DNA of 64,000 nucleotides from Candidatus Omnitrophota bacterium (GTDB lineage: Bacteria > Omnitrophota > Gorgyraeia > JAFGHF01), in the NCBI GenBank assembly GCA_016939375.1, contig JAFGHF010000072.1, forward strand, positions 229 through 64,228. The letters run 5' to 3'. Shown here piece by piece: positions 47,249 through 58,067 of this stretch (the first letter of the stretch is position 1; the number at the start of each line of letters is the position of its first letter). The position numbers and the translations under genes were made by a program. Below the pieces are notes generated by a model that did not search any database, was not told the DNA's origin, and was given only the letters and a program-made list of their open reading frames with translations.

Positions 47249-48372
47249 CAGAATGCCCTGATCTGCCTTAAATATCCCTGATAGTTTCTCTTAAGTTCTT
47301 GCAACGAATCGCCTGCGAATTTCTCGATTAAGGCCTGGGCAATGCAAAAACAGGCCATTGCCCGGGCGACTACTCCCGCCGCCGGTACTGCGCATACATC
47401 AGCCCTTTCCACGCTAGCCTTCGTCTTGCGCTTACTTTTTATATTTATGCTTGGAAGGGGCTGCCTTAAAGTCGCTATCGGCTTCATCGCACAGCGTAAA
47501 ACCAATGGCTCGCCGTTGGTCATACCGCCCTCTAAGCCTCCGGCATTATTAGAGTTTCTGAAGAATCCCTTTTCCCGGGAATAGAATATGCTATCATGGA
47601 TCTCCGAGCCCCGCTGGCATGCCCCTGAAAAGCCTGCTCCGATCTCCACTCCTTTAATTGCCGGTATCGACATCAGCGCGGCCGCAAGCTTAGCATCAAG
47701 ACGCCTATCCCATTGAGCATAACTTCCCAGGCCAGAGGGTATATTTTTGACAATAATCTCGAAGGTGCCTCCTAAAGAATCACCCTCGGTCTTGGCCTTG
47801 TCTATTTCTGCCATCATTTTCGCCTGGGCTTTCTTGTCAGCACAGCTTAAAGGCGATCTTTCAGCTGCCCTGTCAATCTGATTAAAAGACATCCCTTCCG
47901 TATGAGCACAGACCTTGCCGATACTGATCACATGATTTAGTGAGGCGATATTGAACTCGCCCAAAAATATCCTGCAGATCGCGCCTATAGCAACACGCAT
48001 CGCTGTCTCTCTTGCGCTGGCCCTTTCTAATACGTCTCTCATATCCTTAGTATTAAGTTTCAAAGCACCGCTTAAATCAGCATGTCCGGGCCTGGGGCAG
48101 ATGATTGCGGGCAAAACGTTTATCTTAAAGTCCCTATTTTTAATTAATAAAGCTAAGGGAGAACCTATGGTCTTGCCTTTTCTTAACCCTGAGAGGATGT
48201 TGATCTTGTCTTTTTCAATCTTCATCCTGGCGCCTCGGCCATACCCCTTCTGTCTACTGGCCAGATCTTGATCGATAAGCTGCTTATTGATTTTCAGACC
48301 AGCTGGCAGACCATCCAAAATCCCAATAAGGGACGCTCCATGCGATTCACCTGCTGTTAAAAACCTAAGCAT
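47248..48372 (-). CDS. aroC: Chorismate synthase
   Basis: TAGESHG, PRPGHAD, ERASARET, GGLEGGMTNG, MKPI.T. Confidence 0.96.
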   Translation of the reverse strand: MLRFLTAGESHGASLIGILDGLPAGLKINKQLIDQDLASRQKGYGRGARMKIEKDKINILSGLRKGKTIGSPLALLIKNRDFKINVLPAIICPRPGHADLSGALKLNTKDMRDVLERASARETAMRVAIGAICRIFLGEFNIASLNHVISIGKVCAHTEGMSFNQIDRAAERSPLSCADKKAQAKMMAEIDKAKTEGDSLGGTFEIIVKNIPSGLGSYAQWDRRLDAKLAAALMSIPAIKGVEIGAGFSGACQRGSEIHDSIFYSREKGFFRNSNNAGGLEGGMTNGEPLVLRCAMKPIATLRQPLPSINIKSKRKTKASVERADVCAVPAAGVVARAMACFCIAQALIEKFAGDSLQELKRNYQGYLRQIRAF

Positions 48373-48391
48373 CGTCTATCTCCTTTTTTAA

Positions 48392-48745
48392 TTAGTGAAG
48401 CCTCCTGTAAACATATTTGGAAATTCTAACCCTGCTTCTTTCATCTATCTCGGTCAACTCTACACCGGCATAGTAATATTCTTTCTTTTTCTCGACGTTA
48501 GTCTCTTCCGTCTCTTTGCATTTTTTGATCCAGACTATTTTTCCCTTGGCCGGCACTGCCTGGGAATCACCAGGCAAAAATAACTCTACCTCTACATTCG
48601 TGCCTACATCTAGCTTACGGTCCACAATCAGACGTACGCCTATCCCGCTTACGTCAAAGGCCGAGCACTTTCCCTCAATTTTTATGCCTTTGTAATCCAC
48701 CAGCACCAATCCGTTAGAACGAACATATCTTCTTTTCTCTTCCAT
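48392..48745 (-). CDS. Stand-alone PilZ-domain protein
   Basis: RRYVR (RxxxR) and DVSGIG (DxSxxG); start moved to ATG 48745. Confidence 0.85.
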   Translation of the reverse strand: MEEKRRYVRSNGLVLVDYKGIKIEGKCSAFDVSGIGVRLIVDRKLDVGTNVEVELFLPGDSQAVPAKGKIVWIKKCKETEETNVEKKKEYYYAGVELTEIDERSRVRISKYVYRRLH

Positions 48746-48763
48746 ATAGACCACCTCTCTAAA

Positions 48764-49546
48764 CTAAATTAAAAAAAGCCATTTTATGATCTTTTCACCC
48801 CAAAACACGGATATCAAAGCGGCTAAGGATAAGAAGGGGCCGTAAGGGATAAAACTTTCGCCTTTCTTAATCTTCAAAATAATGCCGAATATAGCGCCAA
48901 AAAAAGGTGCCAGGAAGAAAGTCAAAAGCACTAACTTCCACCCTATGAATGTCCCCAGCATTGCCATCAACTTTACGTCTCCTCCACCCATACTTTCTTT
49001 TTTAAATATCGCGTCCCCGATAATCCCTGTAATATAAATACTGCCGCCTCCGGCCAATAGTCCTAAAAAGGATAAGCCCAGAGATGTCAATCTAGAGGCG
49101 CTGCTGTGCAATTGAGGGAAAATTACACTCACGATAAGCCCTATGACTATTCCCCAGAGGCTTATCTCGTCAGGTATCTCCCTTATCGCTATATCTATGA
49201 AGCTAGCGACAATTAGGCTTGAGCTTACCGCTGCGAAAATCCAAAACCGCAAGGAGATGCCAAAGTATAGGTATAAGGATAAAAATATACTGGCGCTGAT
49301 CAGCTCTACGATGAAATACCGCCATGAAATCCTCTGACCACAATGCCTACAGCGGCCCCTTAAGAACACAAAACTCAAAAAGGGAATATTGTCATACCAG
49401 TTTATCCTGTGCTGACAGCCAGGACAATGTGAAGGTGGTTTGACGATCGATTCTTTGCGGGGCATCCTATATATGCATACATTAAGAAAACTCCCTATTG
49501 TTGCCCCAAAAACAAATATAAATATCTTAAGTATTATTTCTTCCAT
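48764..49546 (-). CDS. pilD: Prepilin peptidase/N-methyltransferase (A24)
   Basis: GSFLNV.IYR, CPGC...CRHC, FID....IPD, MGGGDVKL, PYGPFL. Confidence 0.93.
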   Translation of the reverse strand: MEEIILKIFIFVFGATIGSFLNVCIYRMPRKESIVKPPSHCPGCQHRINWYDNIPFLSFVFLRGRCRHCGQRISWRYFIVELISASIFLSLYLYFGISLRFWIFAAVSSSLIVASFIDIAIREIPDEISLWGIVIGLIVSVIFPQLHSSASRLTSLGLSFLGLLAGGGSIYITGIIGDAIFKKESMGGGDVKLMAMLGTFIGWKLVLLTFFLAPFFGAIFGIILKIKKGESFIPYGPFLSLAALISVFWGEKIIKWLFLI

Positions 49547-50388
49547 TATGTCTTAGTAAGAACCTCTCTTAACGCCTCTTCCATCACATCTATTGGAGGG
49601 TCTGCTTCCAGCCAAATCCTAAATGCCAATACACCCTGATATAAAAGCATGCCCAAGCCGTTAAAGACTCCGGCACAGCCACGCGCCTTGGCCTCTATTA
49701 AAAGGGGCGTCTGCGCGGGATTATAGACAAGGTCGTATACTACCATCTTCTTCTGCAAGAGCGTAGGGTCAAAGACTAAATGGTCGGACTTGCTCATCCC
49801 GATCGGAGTTGCATTTATCAAAAGGTCTGGCTCTCCACTAAGCAGATCATTGGCATCTTTTGCCTCCTTTAAAAGACATTGGGGGCAAATAATCTTTAGC
49901 CTTTCAATCAATTCCTTTGTCTTTTGGCTATCAATATCAAATATAGAAATGGTTTTGGCTTTAGACTTCGCCAATATTGCCGTCAGGGCCTTGGCTGCCC
50001 CGCCAGCACCTAAGACTGCCGCAGCCTTTCCTTTAGGATCGAAACCCACAGCCTCTTTGAGATGGGTTATAAACCCCCGGCCATCTGTATTGAATCCGGT
50101 GCTTTCACCGCCTGCGTCAATTTTTACTGTATTTACTGCGCCTATGAGGTCTGCCTCCTCATCTATGTGGTCTAAAAATTGAATCACCTTTTCCTTGTAC
50201 GGAATTGTCACGTTCAGGCCAGAGACACCTTGTTTCAATTTATTTTTAAGTTCTACTTCCAGTTTTTGCGGTTGAATTTCAAAAAGCTCATATCGGGCAT
50301 CTATGCCCAATGCCTGAAAAGCGGCATTATGCATTATTGCCGAATAGCTATGTTTGACCGGAAAACCTATTAACCCGAATATTTTCAT
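49546..50388 (-). CDS. aroE: Shikimate dehydrogenase
   Basis: G.PV.HS.S, NVTIPYK, GAVNT, NTD..G, GAGGAA, NATP.G, DLVY.P. Confidence 0.95.
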   Translation of the reverse strand: MKIFGLIGFPVKHSYSAIMHNAAFQALGIDARYELFEIQPQKLEVELKNKLKQGVSGLNVTIPYKEKVIQFLDHIDEEADLIGAVNTVKIDAGGESTGFNTDGRGFITHLKEAVGFDPKGKAAAVLGAGGAAKALTAILAKSKAKTISIFDIDSQKTKELIERLKIICPQCLLKEAKDANDLLSGEPDLLINATPIGMSKSDHLVFDPTLLQKKMVVYDLVYNPAQTPLLIEAKARGCAGVFNGLGMLLYQGVLAFRIWLEADPPIDVMEEALREVLTKT

Positions 50389-50402
50389 TTATCTCGATTT
50401 TA

Positions 50403-50429
50403 GAACGAAGGGCGAGTTTCTCTCGCCCT
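50403..50429 (-). terminator. Probable terminator hairpin after leuA
   Basis: AGGGCGAG-N5-CTCGCCCT with a weak U-tract (TCGTTC). Confidence 0.5.
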
Positions 50430-50464
50430 ACCTGGTGTTTGCTCAATAAACTTAAATTATCAAT

Positions 50465-51976
50465 CTACTTTCTGTAAAGCAGTTTATTTACCGCATCCAG
50501 ATAAGCGCACGCTGAAGCTTCAATAATGTCTGTCCTGGATGAATGCCCGGAGATCTCCTTTCCTTTCGCGCGTACAAGCAGACGTACTTCTCCCAGCGCA
50601 TCTTTTCCTCTGGTCACAGCCTGAATTGAATAGTCCAGTAGCTTACCCTTGATCCCGGTGATCTTATCGATGGCTTTGTAACAGGCGTCTACCGGTCCGT
50701 CTCCGGAAGATGTCTTTGTCGTCCTTTTTCCTCTGGACTTGAGGGTGACTGTAGCCTGAGGCGTAATTTTATTACCGCTTATTACTTTCAAGTTGACCAA
50801 CTGCCAAATCTTAGGAATGAGGGATATCTCCTCTTCCACGATAGCGATCAAATCGTCATCAAAGACTTCCTTTTTCTTATCCGCCAGCTTTTTAAAACGC
50901 TCAAAAAACAGTGTATTAATCTGGGAAGGGGTTAAGTGAAAACCGAGTTTTTTTAAACGTTCAGAAAAGGCATGGCGGCCAGAGTGCTTTCCTAAAACCA
51001 AACCCCCTGTCATCTCCAGGCCTATATCTTTGGGCCTGATGATCTCATAGGTGGTCCTTCTTTTTAAGATACCGTCTTGGTGGATCCCTGCCTCATGGCG
51101 GAATGCATTCTGTCCGACAATGGCCTTATTGGGCTGAACCATGATCCCTGTAAGCTTGCTCACCAGTCTAGAGGTTTTATAGATCTCTTCCGTCTTGATG
51201 CCGGTAGTTTTGTTTAGAAAGTCCTTCCTGGTCTTCAGGGCCATCACGATTTCTTCCATTGAAGCATTACCCGCACGTTCGCCAAGGCCGTTTACAGTAC
51301 ACTCTACCTGTCCCGCTCCGCTAGCCACTGCCGCCAAGGAATTGGCCACGCCTAATCCCAGGTCGTTATGGCAGTGCACGCTCAATACCGCTTTATCGAT
51401 ATTGGCGACATTTTCTCTGATATCTCTGATCAACCGTCCGAATTCCTCAGGGATAGCATACCCCACAGTATCAGGGATATTAATGGTTTTGGCCCCGGCC
51501 TTAATGGCCGTTTCTACAACTCGATAAATAAATTCTTTCTCCGAACGCGAGGCATCTTCGGGAGAGAACTCCACATCGCTGCTAAATCTTCTGGCATATT
51601 TTACCGAATCGAATGTCTCACGCAGGATTTCTTCTTTTGCCTTTTTTAACTTATAGCGCATGTGTATTTTCGAAGTAGCCAAAAATACATGGATCCGTTT
51701 TCTGCGGGCCGAACTGAGTGCGCGATGAGCTGCGTCGATATCCTTTTTGATAGCCCGGGCCAAGGCGCAAATTATGGGCCTTCTCACGCTTTTGGCCACT
51801 AATTTCACGGCTGCAAAATCACCGGGAGAAGAAATGGGAAAACCGGCTTCAATGACATCTACGCCCAGGCTAGAAAGTTGTCTGGCGATCTCGATCTTCT
51901 TTTGCGTATCCAGACTGGCTCCGGGGGACTGCTCCCCATCACGCAGCGTTGTATCAAAAATAACCACTTTCTCCAT
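50465..51976 (-). CDS. leuA: 2-isopropylmalate synthase
   Basis: DTTLRDGEQSPG, HCHNDLG, GERAGN, HEAGIHQDG, C-terminal regulatory domain (GDGPVDA). Confidence 0.95.
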   Translation of the reverse strand: MEKVVIFDTTLRDGEQSPGASLDTQKKIEIARQLSSLGVDVIEAGFPISSPGDFAAVKLVAKSVRRPIICALARAIKKDIDAAHRALSSARRKRIHVFLATSKIHMRYKLKKAKEEILRETFDSVKYARRFSSDVEFSPEDASRSEKEFIYRVVETAIKAGAKTINIPDTVGYAIPEEFGRLIRDIRENVANIDKAVLSVHCHNDLGLGVANSLAAVASGAGQVECTVNGLGERAGNASMEEIVMALKTRKDFLNKTTGIKTEEIYKTSRLVSKLTGIMVQPNKAIVGQNAFRHEAGIHQDGILKRRTTYEIIRPKDIGLEMTGGLVLGKHSGRHAFSERLKKLGFHLTPSQINTLFFERFKKLADKKKEVFDDDLIAIVEEEISLIPKIWQLVNLKVISGNKITPQATVTLKSRGKRTTKTSSGDGPVDACYKAIDKITGIKGKLLDYSIQAVTRGKDALGEVRLLVRAKGKEISGHSSRTDIIEASACAYLDAVNKLLYRK

Positions 51977-51982
51977 ATTATT

Positions 51983-52975
51983 CTATTCTTTCATCCAAGG
52001 CATCATTTCGCGCAGGCGCCGGCCTACCTCTTCGATCTGATGTCCAGCTTCCTGTTGGCGCAACTGGTTAAATTTAGGTCGCCCTGCCTCATTTTCCTTT
52101 ATCCATTCACGGGCAAACTTCCCCGATCTCACGTCTTTAAGCAATTTTTTCATCTTCTTGCGCGTCTGCTGATTGATGACCACTTTACCCCTGGTCATAT
52201 CGCCATACTCCGCGGTATCAGAAACACGCTTGCGCATCCCTTGAATGCCATATCGATAAATCAAGTCGGTGATTAACTTCAGTTCATGTAGACATTCAAA
52301 ATAGGCTATTTCCGGTTGATAGCCGGCCTCTACCAATGTATCAAAAGCCGCTTTGACCAATTCCGTCGCCCCTCCGCAAAGTACGGCCTGTTCTCCAAAA
52401 AGGTCTGTTTCTGTCTCTTCATCAAAGGTCGTCTCGATTACCCCCGCTCGAGTTGCACCGATGCCCTTGGCATAGGCCAGGCCCAATTGCTTGGCCTCTC
52501 CTGAGGCATCTTGAAAAACTGCCAAAAGTGATGGTACGCCCTTACCCTCTTCATACATCTTTCGCACCAAAGCACCGGGCCCCTTGGGGGCTACCATGAA
52601 CACGTCTACTTTTTTTGGCGGCTTTATCTGTTTAAAACGGATATTGAATCCGTGAGAAAAGACCAAGGCCTTGCCTTTTTTCAAATTCTTTTTGATCGAT
52701 TCGTTATAAACCTTCTTTTGGACATGGTCCTGTGTCAAAATCTGTATAATATCTGCCGCGGCCGCAGCCTCATCACAGGAAACTGGGCTAAAGCCGTCTT
52801 TTTGAGCCTGCTCATAGTTAGGAGTTCCTTCTAATTCAGAGACGATAACGTTCAAACCAGAATCCCGCAGATTTAATCCCTGCCCTCTGCCTTGAATTCC
52901 ATAACCTATGATCGCGATCTTTTTGTCTTTGATTACATCCAGGTTTGCGTCTTGATCATAATATATTTTAGCCAT
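51983..52975 (-). CDS. ilvC: Ketol-acid reductoisomerase
   Basis: [39 protein letters not shown]. Confidence 0.97.
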   Translation of the reverse strand: MAKIYYDQDANLDVIKDKKIAIIGYGIQGRGQGLNLRDSGLNVIVSELEGTPNYEQAQKDGFSPVSCDEAAAAADIIQILTQDHVQKKVYNESIKKNLKKGKALVFSHGFNIRFKQIKPPKKVDVFMVAPKGPGALVRKMYEEGKGVPSLLAVFQDASGEAKQLGLAYAKGIGATRAGVIETTFDEETETDLFGEQAVLCGGATELVKAAFDTLVEAGYQPEIAYFECLHELKLITDLIYRYGIQGMRKRVSDTAEYGDMTRGKVVINQQTRKKMKKLLKDVRSGKFAREWIKENEAGRPKFNQLRQQEAGHQIEEVGRRLREMMPWMKE

Positions 52976-52995
52976 TATTATAAACCTCCTGTTTT

Positions 52996-53472
52996 TTAGT
53001 GTCTGCTCATAGCAATGCGACCAGTGCGGACTATTTCTTTGATCTCAAAAGGCTTCAGAAGTTCGAGCAGTGTGTGAATTTTGTTCTGGTCGCCAACTAC
53101 CTCTAGCGTCAAGTCTTTTGTCGCTGCTTCGTCTATCTTCGCCTCCAGGGTCTGTGCGATTTCTAAAATCTGGGGCCTGGTCTTGGGATTCACCGCTACT
53201 TTCACCAACACCAATTCACGGTCAATAAAATTTTCGCCGGTTAAATCCTGCACCTTGATCGTATCGACAAGCTTATTCAACTGTTTTTTGATTTGCTCTA
53301 AGATCCTCTCGTCAGGTGCATTGACAACAATGGTCATATTAGAAACTGAAGGATCATTCGTGGGACTCACTGCCAAAGACTCGATATTGAAACCTCTGGC
53401 GGCAAAAAGGCCGGCTATCCGCGCCAGCACTCCGAATTTGTTTTCTACCTGCACAGAAAAGGTATGTTTCAT
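52996..53472 (-). CDS. ilvN: Acetolactate synthase small subunit
   Basis: [31 protein letters not shown]. Confidence 0.95.
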   Translation of the reverse strand: MKHTFSVQVENKFGVLARIAGLFAARGFNIESLAVSPTNDPSVSNMTIVVNAPDERILEQIKKQLNKLVDTIKVQDLTGENFIDRELVLVKVAVNPKTRPQILEIAQTLEAKIDEAATKDLTLEVVGDQNKIHTLLELLKPFEIKEIVRTGRIAMSRH

Positions 53473-55139
53473 GCCATACCTCCTATCATTCTGTTGATCG
53501 CCTCTCCTGCGGGAACCATGGGAAAGACATTCTCCTCTTTCTCCACTATAAAGTCGAGTATTACAGGCTTGTCTTTAACGCCTAACGCCTTTTTTATCGC
53601 TTTTTCCACTTCGCTCTTGCGCTCTATTCTTATACCGCAAGCGCCATAAGCCTCTGCGATCTTGACAAAATCAGGGTTCTTCAAGAAGGTATGCGAATAC
53701 CTCTTATTGTAAAACAACTCCTGCCACTGCCTGACCATACCCAAGTAAGAATTGTTCAAGATCGCTATCTTTATAGGTAGTTTTTGAGTAACGGCGGTAG
53801 CCAGCTCCTGAATATTCATCTGTATGCTTCCGTCCCCGGCGATGTCACAGACTATATCCTTGGGCTTGCCAACCTGAGCGCCAATTGCCGCCGGAAAGCC
53901 ATAGCCCATAGTACCTAAACCGCCGCTGGAAATATATGTCCTGGGCTTGGTATATTTATAGAACTGGGCCGCCCACATCTGGTTTTGGCCCACTTCTGTG
54001 GTAATTATGGCCTTGCCTGCGGTCAATTTGTAGATCTGCTCTACCACATATTGCGGCCTGAGTTTATTGTCATCCTTAAATCCCAGCGGGTACTTTTTCT
54101 TCCAGGTTTTAACCTTATCTAACCACGGTTTTATGCGCGGTTTTTTGACGATTTTGTTAAGTTGGAGCAAAATATCACGGGCATCTCCCACTATCGGTAT
54201 GTCCACTTTTACATTCTTACTGATAGCTGAAGGATCGATGTCTATGTGGATGATCTTAGCCCCGGGGGCAAAGGCATCCAGCCTACCCGTAACGCGATCG
54301 TCAAAGCGGGCCCCCACCGCAATGATTAAGTCTGAATCCATAATTGCGTGGTTGGCGTAGACAGTACCGTGCATACCAAGCATCCGCAATGAAAGTTCAT
54401 GTGTTTCGGGAAAGCAACCTAAACCAAGCAAAGTGGTAGTAACCGGGATAGAAGTCTTCTCTGCCAGCTTCTTCAACTCCGCGGAAGCGCCCGATAGAAT
54501 CACGCCCCCTCCGGCATAAATTATCGGCCTTTTACTCTGCTCGATCAAATTGGCTGCCTTTTTGACCTGGCCGGGATGGCCGGAAAGCGTAGGCTTATAT
54601 CCGCGCAAATCATGTGTCTTAGGATAGTGGAATTCGGTCTCAGCTAGGGTCACATCTACCGGGAGATCTATTAGCACCGGGCCCGGACGCCCGCTTTGGG
54701 CAAGATGAAATGAGTTTTTTATAGTCTGGGCCAACTCTCGCACGTCCTTGACCAAATAGTTATGTTTGGTAATTGAGCGTGTAATACCTGTAACGTCGGC
54801 TTCCTGAAAAGCATCATTGCCTATTAAATGTGTCTTTACCTGACCGGTTATGGCAATCATGGGGATAGAATCCATATATGCAGTGGCGATCCCGGTGACC
54901 AAGTTCGATGCGCCGGGGCCGGAAGTGGCTATACATACTCCTGGTTTTCCTGTAGCCCTGGCATAACCGTCAGCGGCATGGGCTGCGCCCTGTTCATGAC
55001 GCACCAAAATTAAATTTAACGAGGCATCGTATAGGGCATCAAAAACCGGAAGCACCGACCCTCCGGGAAAACCGAAAATATCCTCCACGCCCTCTCGTCT
55101 TAAAGATTCAATCAGTATTTTTGCCCCTGTCATCTTCAT
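53469..55139 (-). CDS. ilvB: Acetolactate synthase large subunit
   Basis: FG.PGG, RHEQ, TSGPG, FQE.D, GDGS..MN, GMVRQWQ. Confidence 0.96.
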   Translation of the reverse strand: MKMTGAKILIESLRREGVEDIFGFPGGSVLPVFDALYDASLNLILVRHEQGAAHAADGYARATGKPGVCIATSGPGASNLVTGIATAYMDSIPMIAITGQVKTHLIGNDAFQEADVTGITRSITKHNYLVKDVRELAQTIKNSFHLAQSGRPGPVLIDLPVDVTLAETEFHYPKTHDLRGYKPTLSGHPGQVKKAANLIEQSKRPIIYAGGGVILSGASAELKKLAEKTSIPVTTTLLGLGCFPETHELSLRMLGMHGTVYANHAIMDSDLIIAVGARFDDRVTGRLDAFAPGAKIIHIDIDPSAISKNVKVDIPIVGDARDILLQLNKIVKKPRIKPWLDKVKTWKKKYPLGFKDDNKLRPQYVVEQIYKLTAGKAIITTEVGQNQMWAAQFYKYTKPRTYISSGGLGTMGYGFPAAIGAQVGKPKDIVCDIAGDGSIQMNIQELATAVTQKLPIKIAILNNSYLGMVRQWQELFYNKRYSHTFLKNPDFVKIAEAYGACGIRIERKSEVEKAIKKALGVKDKPVILDFIVEKEENVFPMVPAGEAINRMIGGMA

Positions 55140-56788
55140 TTGAATATCGCTCCTTCGTTAGCCTGAGAAACTAATTTTGCATATCTGCTCAAATATCCTT
55201 CTTTCACCTTTGGATGGGGCGCCTTCCATTTAGCCTGTCTTTCCTTAAGCTCCTTTTGACTCAGCTTCAGCTCAAGTTTTCTGTTGGGTATATCGATAAT
55301 GATCTGGTCGCCGTCTTTTACAATAGCCAAAGGTCCACCCACTGCCGCTTCTGGAGAAACGTGCCCTATGCAAGGGCCTCTAGTGCCTCCGGAGAAACGC
55401 CCATCTGTAATAAGAGCAACGCTTTCGCCCAGGCCCATCCCGATTACCGCAGCTGTAGGCGAAAGCATTTCTCGCATACCGGGACCGCCCTTCGGTCCTT
55501 CGTAGCGGATCACTATGACTTGAGAACGTTTTATCTTATTCTCCAGGATAGCACGCATTGCTTCTTCCTCGGAATTGAAGCAGCGGGCATGGCCTGAAAA
55601 ATGTTGCATTTTCTTGCTTACCGCGGCTTGTTTGACTACCGCTCCATCGGGGGCCAAGTTACCCTTAAGCACAGCTATTCCGCCTTCAATATGATATGGG
55701 TTGTTTAACCTCCTGATCACATCTTCGTCGAACACTTGTGCCCCTACCCCCAGCTGGGTAACGTATTTGCCGCTGATAGTGGTCACATTGTGTAACTTAT
55801 CCTTCAAGCGCTTAAAGACAGCGGAAATCCCGCCGACTGCGTCTAAATCCTCCATAAAATATTCTCCCCCCGGTCGCAAGTTCACAATATGGGGGACATG
55901 CCTGCTTATTTTATCAAATGTGTCCAACGTTAACTTGATTCCAAGCTCATGGGCAATTGCGCTAAGATGTAAAATCGTGTTGGTCGAACCACCCATGGCC
56001 ATATCGACGATAACCGCGTTTTCGATAGCTGTTTTTTTCACAATTGTCCGCGGCAAGATATTCTGTCGTACTAGCTGTACTACACGCTCGCCGCTGGCAT
56101 GGGCAATTCGTTCTTTCTTGGCGGAAACAGCCACTGCCGTGGCGCAACCGGGTAAAGACATACCCATTGCCTCGGTAAGACAGGCCATCGAATTGGCGGT
56201 ATAAAGCCCTTGGCAAGAACCGGCACCAGGACAGGCCTCCATCTCCAAACAGTTCATCTCATCTTGCGATATTTCTCCTTTTTTCAACCTGGCCAGTGCC
56301 TCAAAAGTATCTCTTACAAGAGAAAGCCGCCTACCCTTATACCTGCCCGAAAGCATAGGGCCAGCTGTCACCACAATAGCAGGGATATTAAGCCTAAAAA
56401 TCGCCATAAGCATGCCTGGGGTAATCTTATCACAGTTGGTCAAGCAAACCAGGCCGTCAAAGCAATGAGCACGCACTACGGTCTCAACGCAATCGGCGAT
56501 AAGTTCGCGAGAGGCAAGTGAATACTTCATTCCAGGGTGCCCCATGGCTACGCCGTCGCAGATCCCGGGGACGCCAAAGAAAAAAGGCACCCCCCCGCCG
56601 CTACAAATACCCCGCTCTATAAACCTCTCCAGCCTGCGCATACCAATATGGCCGGGTATTATATCATTAAAGCTGGTGGCCACCCCGATAAAGGGTTTCC
56701 TCATCTGGGCCCTGCTTATGCCAGTAGCATAAAGCAAAGCTCTATTTCCCGCTCTTTCAAGGCCTTTTTTGATTTTATCGCTTCTCAT
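55136..56788 (-). CDS. ilvD: Dihydroxy-acid dehydratase
   Basis: [41 protein letters not shown]. Confidence 0.96.
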   Translation of the reverse strand: MRSDKIKKGLERAGNRALLYATGISRAQMRKPFIGVATSFNDIIPGHIGMRRLERFIERGICSGGGVPFFFGVPGICDGVAMGHPGMKYSLASRELIADCVETVVRAHCFDGLVCLTNCDKITPGMLMAIFRLNIPAIVVTAGPMLSGRYKGRRLSLVRDTFEALARLKKGEISQDEMNCLEMEACPGAGSCQGLYTANSMACLTEAMGMSLPGCATAVAVSAKKERIAHASGERVVQLVRQNILPRTIVKKTAIENAVIVDMAMGGSTNTILHLSAIAHELGIKLTLDTFDKISRHVPHIVNLRPGGEYFMEDLDAVGGISAVFKRLKDKLHNVTTISGKYVTQLGVGAQVFDEDVIRRLNNPYHIEGGIAVLKGNLAPDGAVVKQAAVSKKMQHFSGHARCFNSEEEAMRAILENKIKRSQVIVIRYEGPKGGPGMREMLSPTAAVIGMGLGESVALITDGRFSGGTRGPCIGHVSPEAAVGGPLAIVKDGDQIIIDIPNRKLELKLSQKELKERQAKWKAPHPKVKEGYLSRYAKLVSQANEGAIFK

Positions 56789-56808
56789 AACCTTCTCCTA
56801 TCCAATAA

Positions 56809-56846
56809 GGTACATGGTATTATACCATGGACCCGGCAATTGTCAA
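56809..56846 (-). promoter_or_regulatory. ilv-leu promoter with palindromic operator candidate centred on the -10 box
   Basis: TTGACA (56846-56841)-16 bp-TATAAT (56824-56819) with extended TG; GGTACATGGTAT-T-ATACCATGGACC inverted repeat at 56809-56833. Confidence 0.8.
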
Positions 56847-57977
56847 CTATAATCCTTTATAAACTCTTGGTACACGATTAGTTATGGAACAAACGATTTC
56901 ATAAGGAATGGTCTTGGAAACCCGGGCAATCTCTTCTGTGCTCATTTCGGCTTGGTTTTGGCATCCGATCAAAACTACTTCATCACCCACCTTAACTCCT
57001 TTGATATGGCCCACATCGATCATGATCTGGTCCATCGTGACCTTGCCAACCACAGGTGCTTTTTTACCCTTGACCAAGACCGAAGCTTTATTGGAAAGGA
57101 TTCGCCCATACCCATCGGCATATCCAATGGGCAAGGTTGCGATCCGCGTAGCCCGCTCTGTTATATAAGTGCGGCCATAACTAATTGAGCGCCCGGGTGG
57201 CACATCTTTTATATAGACGATTCTTGTTTTTAAAGATAGGGCCGGCTTTAATTTCAATATCTTAGCAAAGCTGCGTTTAGGATACATACCATAAACTATT
57301 ATTCCCGGCCGAACCAGGTTAAAATGAGATTTTTTTATATCGACTACTGCAATACTGTTTGCAGCATGACGGTAATCAAAATGGATGTTTTCCTGCGCCA
57401 ATTTCTTAAGCAAATCTTCGAAAGCCTCCAGTTGAAATCCGGTGAAAAAGTTATCGCGGGAAGCGCTGGCAAAGTGCGTGTAGATGCCTTCAAGGTAAAT
57501 ATGTTTCATTCTCTTTAATGCTTTGACAAAATCGAAGGCCTGTTCGTGCCAGACTCCGATCCTGCCCATTCCCGTATCAATTTTAAGATGCACGGGTACA
57601 ATCTTGTCAGCTTGTCCGGCCTTTTTCTCTATCTCCTGAGCCAACTCTTTGTTGCAAAGTGTCAGAGCGATATCGTGTTGCAGCGCATGAGGGACCTCTT
57701 CCGGCAATATCGAGCCTAAAACCAAAATCGGCAGCTTTATTTCACTCTTGCGCAAGGCAATTGCTTCATCCAGGCTAGCCACCCCCAGATAATCTACTTC
57801 CTGCTTTTCTAATGCCCTGGCCACCTCGATTAAGCCATGCCCATAGGCATTGGCCTTGACCACTACCATGATCTTTGTGGACTTTTTTTTCTCCCAGCCG
57901 ATTATCTTTTTTATCTGGGAGAGATTGTATCTTATTGCATTTAAATCTATCTCTGCCCACGTAGGCCTTGAACTCAC
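56847..57977 (-). CDS. alr: Alanine racemase
   Basis: VVKANAYGHG, HLKIDTGMGR.G, HAANS, SYG, GYADG, MDQ. Confidence 0.96.
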   Translation of the reverse strand: MSSRPTWAEIDLNAIRYNLSQIKKIIGWEKKKSTKIMVVVKANAYGHGLIEVARALEKQEVDYLGVASLDEAIALRKSEIKLPILVLGSILPEEVPHALQHDIALTLCNKELAQEIEKKAGQADKIVPVHLKIDTGMGRIGVWHEQAFDFVKALKRMKHIYLEGIYTHFASASRDNFFTGFQLEAFEDLLKKLAQENIHFDYRHAANSIAVVDIKKSHFNLVRPGIIVYGMYPKRSFAKILKLKPALSLKTRIVYIKDVPPGRSISYGRTYITERATRIATLPIGYADGYGRILSNKASVLVKGKKAPVVGKVTMDQIMIDVGHIKGVKVGDEVVLIGCQNQAEMSTEEIARVSKTIPYEIVCSITNRVPRVYKGL

Positions 57978-58000
57978 TGTGGCATTAACTCCTCTGTTGA

Positions 58001-58062
58001 GCTATCAGTTATCCGTTTTCAGTTGTCAGCGCATATGGCTAAAAAGCTGAAGGCCGATAGCT
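58001..58062. repeat. Two heptamer arrays in inverted orientation (imperfect hairpin) between tsaB and alr
   Basis: gctatca gttatcc gttttca gttgtca gc -gcatatg- gctaaaaa gctgaag gccgata gct. Confidence 0.75.
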
Positions 58063-58067
58063 ATAGT

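Noticed and set aside
56788-56850. T-box or leader-peptide attenuator for ilv-leu
   Set aside because: The spacer is under 60 bp and is taken up by the promoter and SD.
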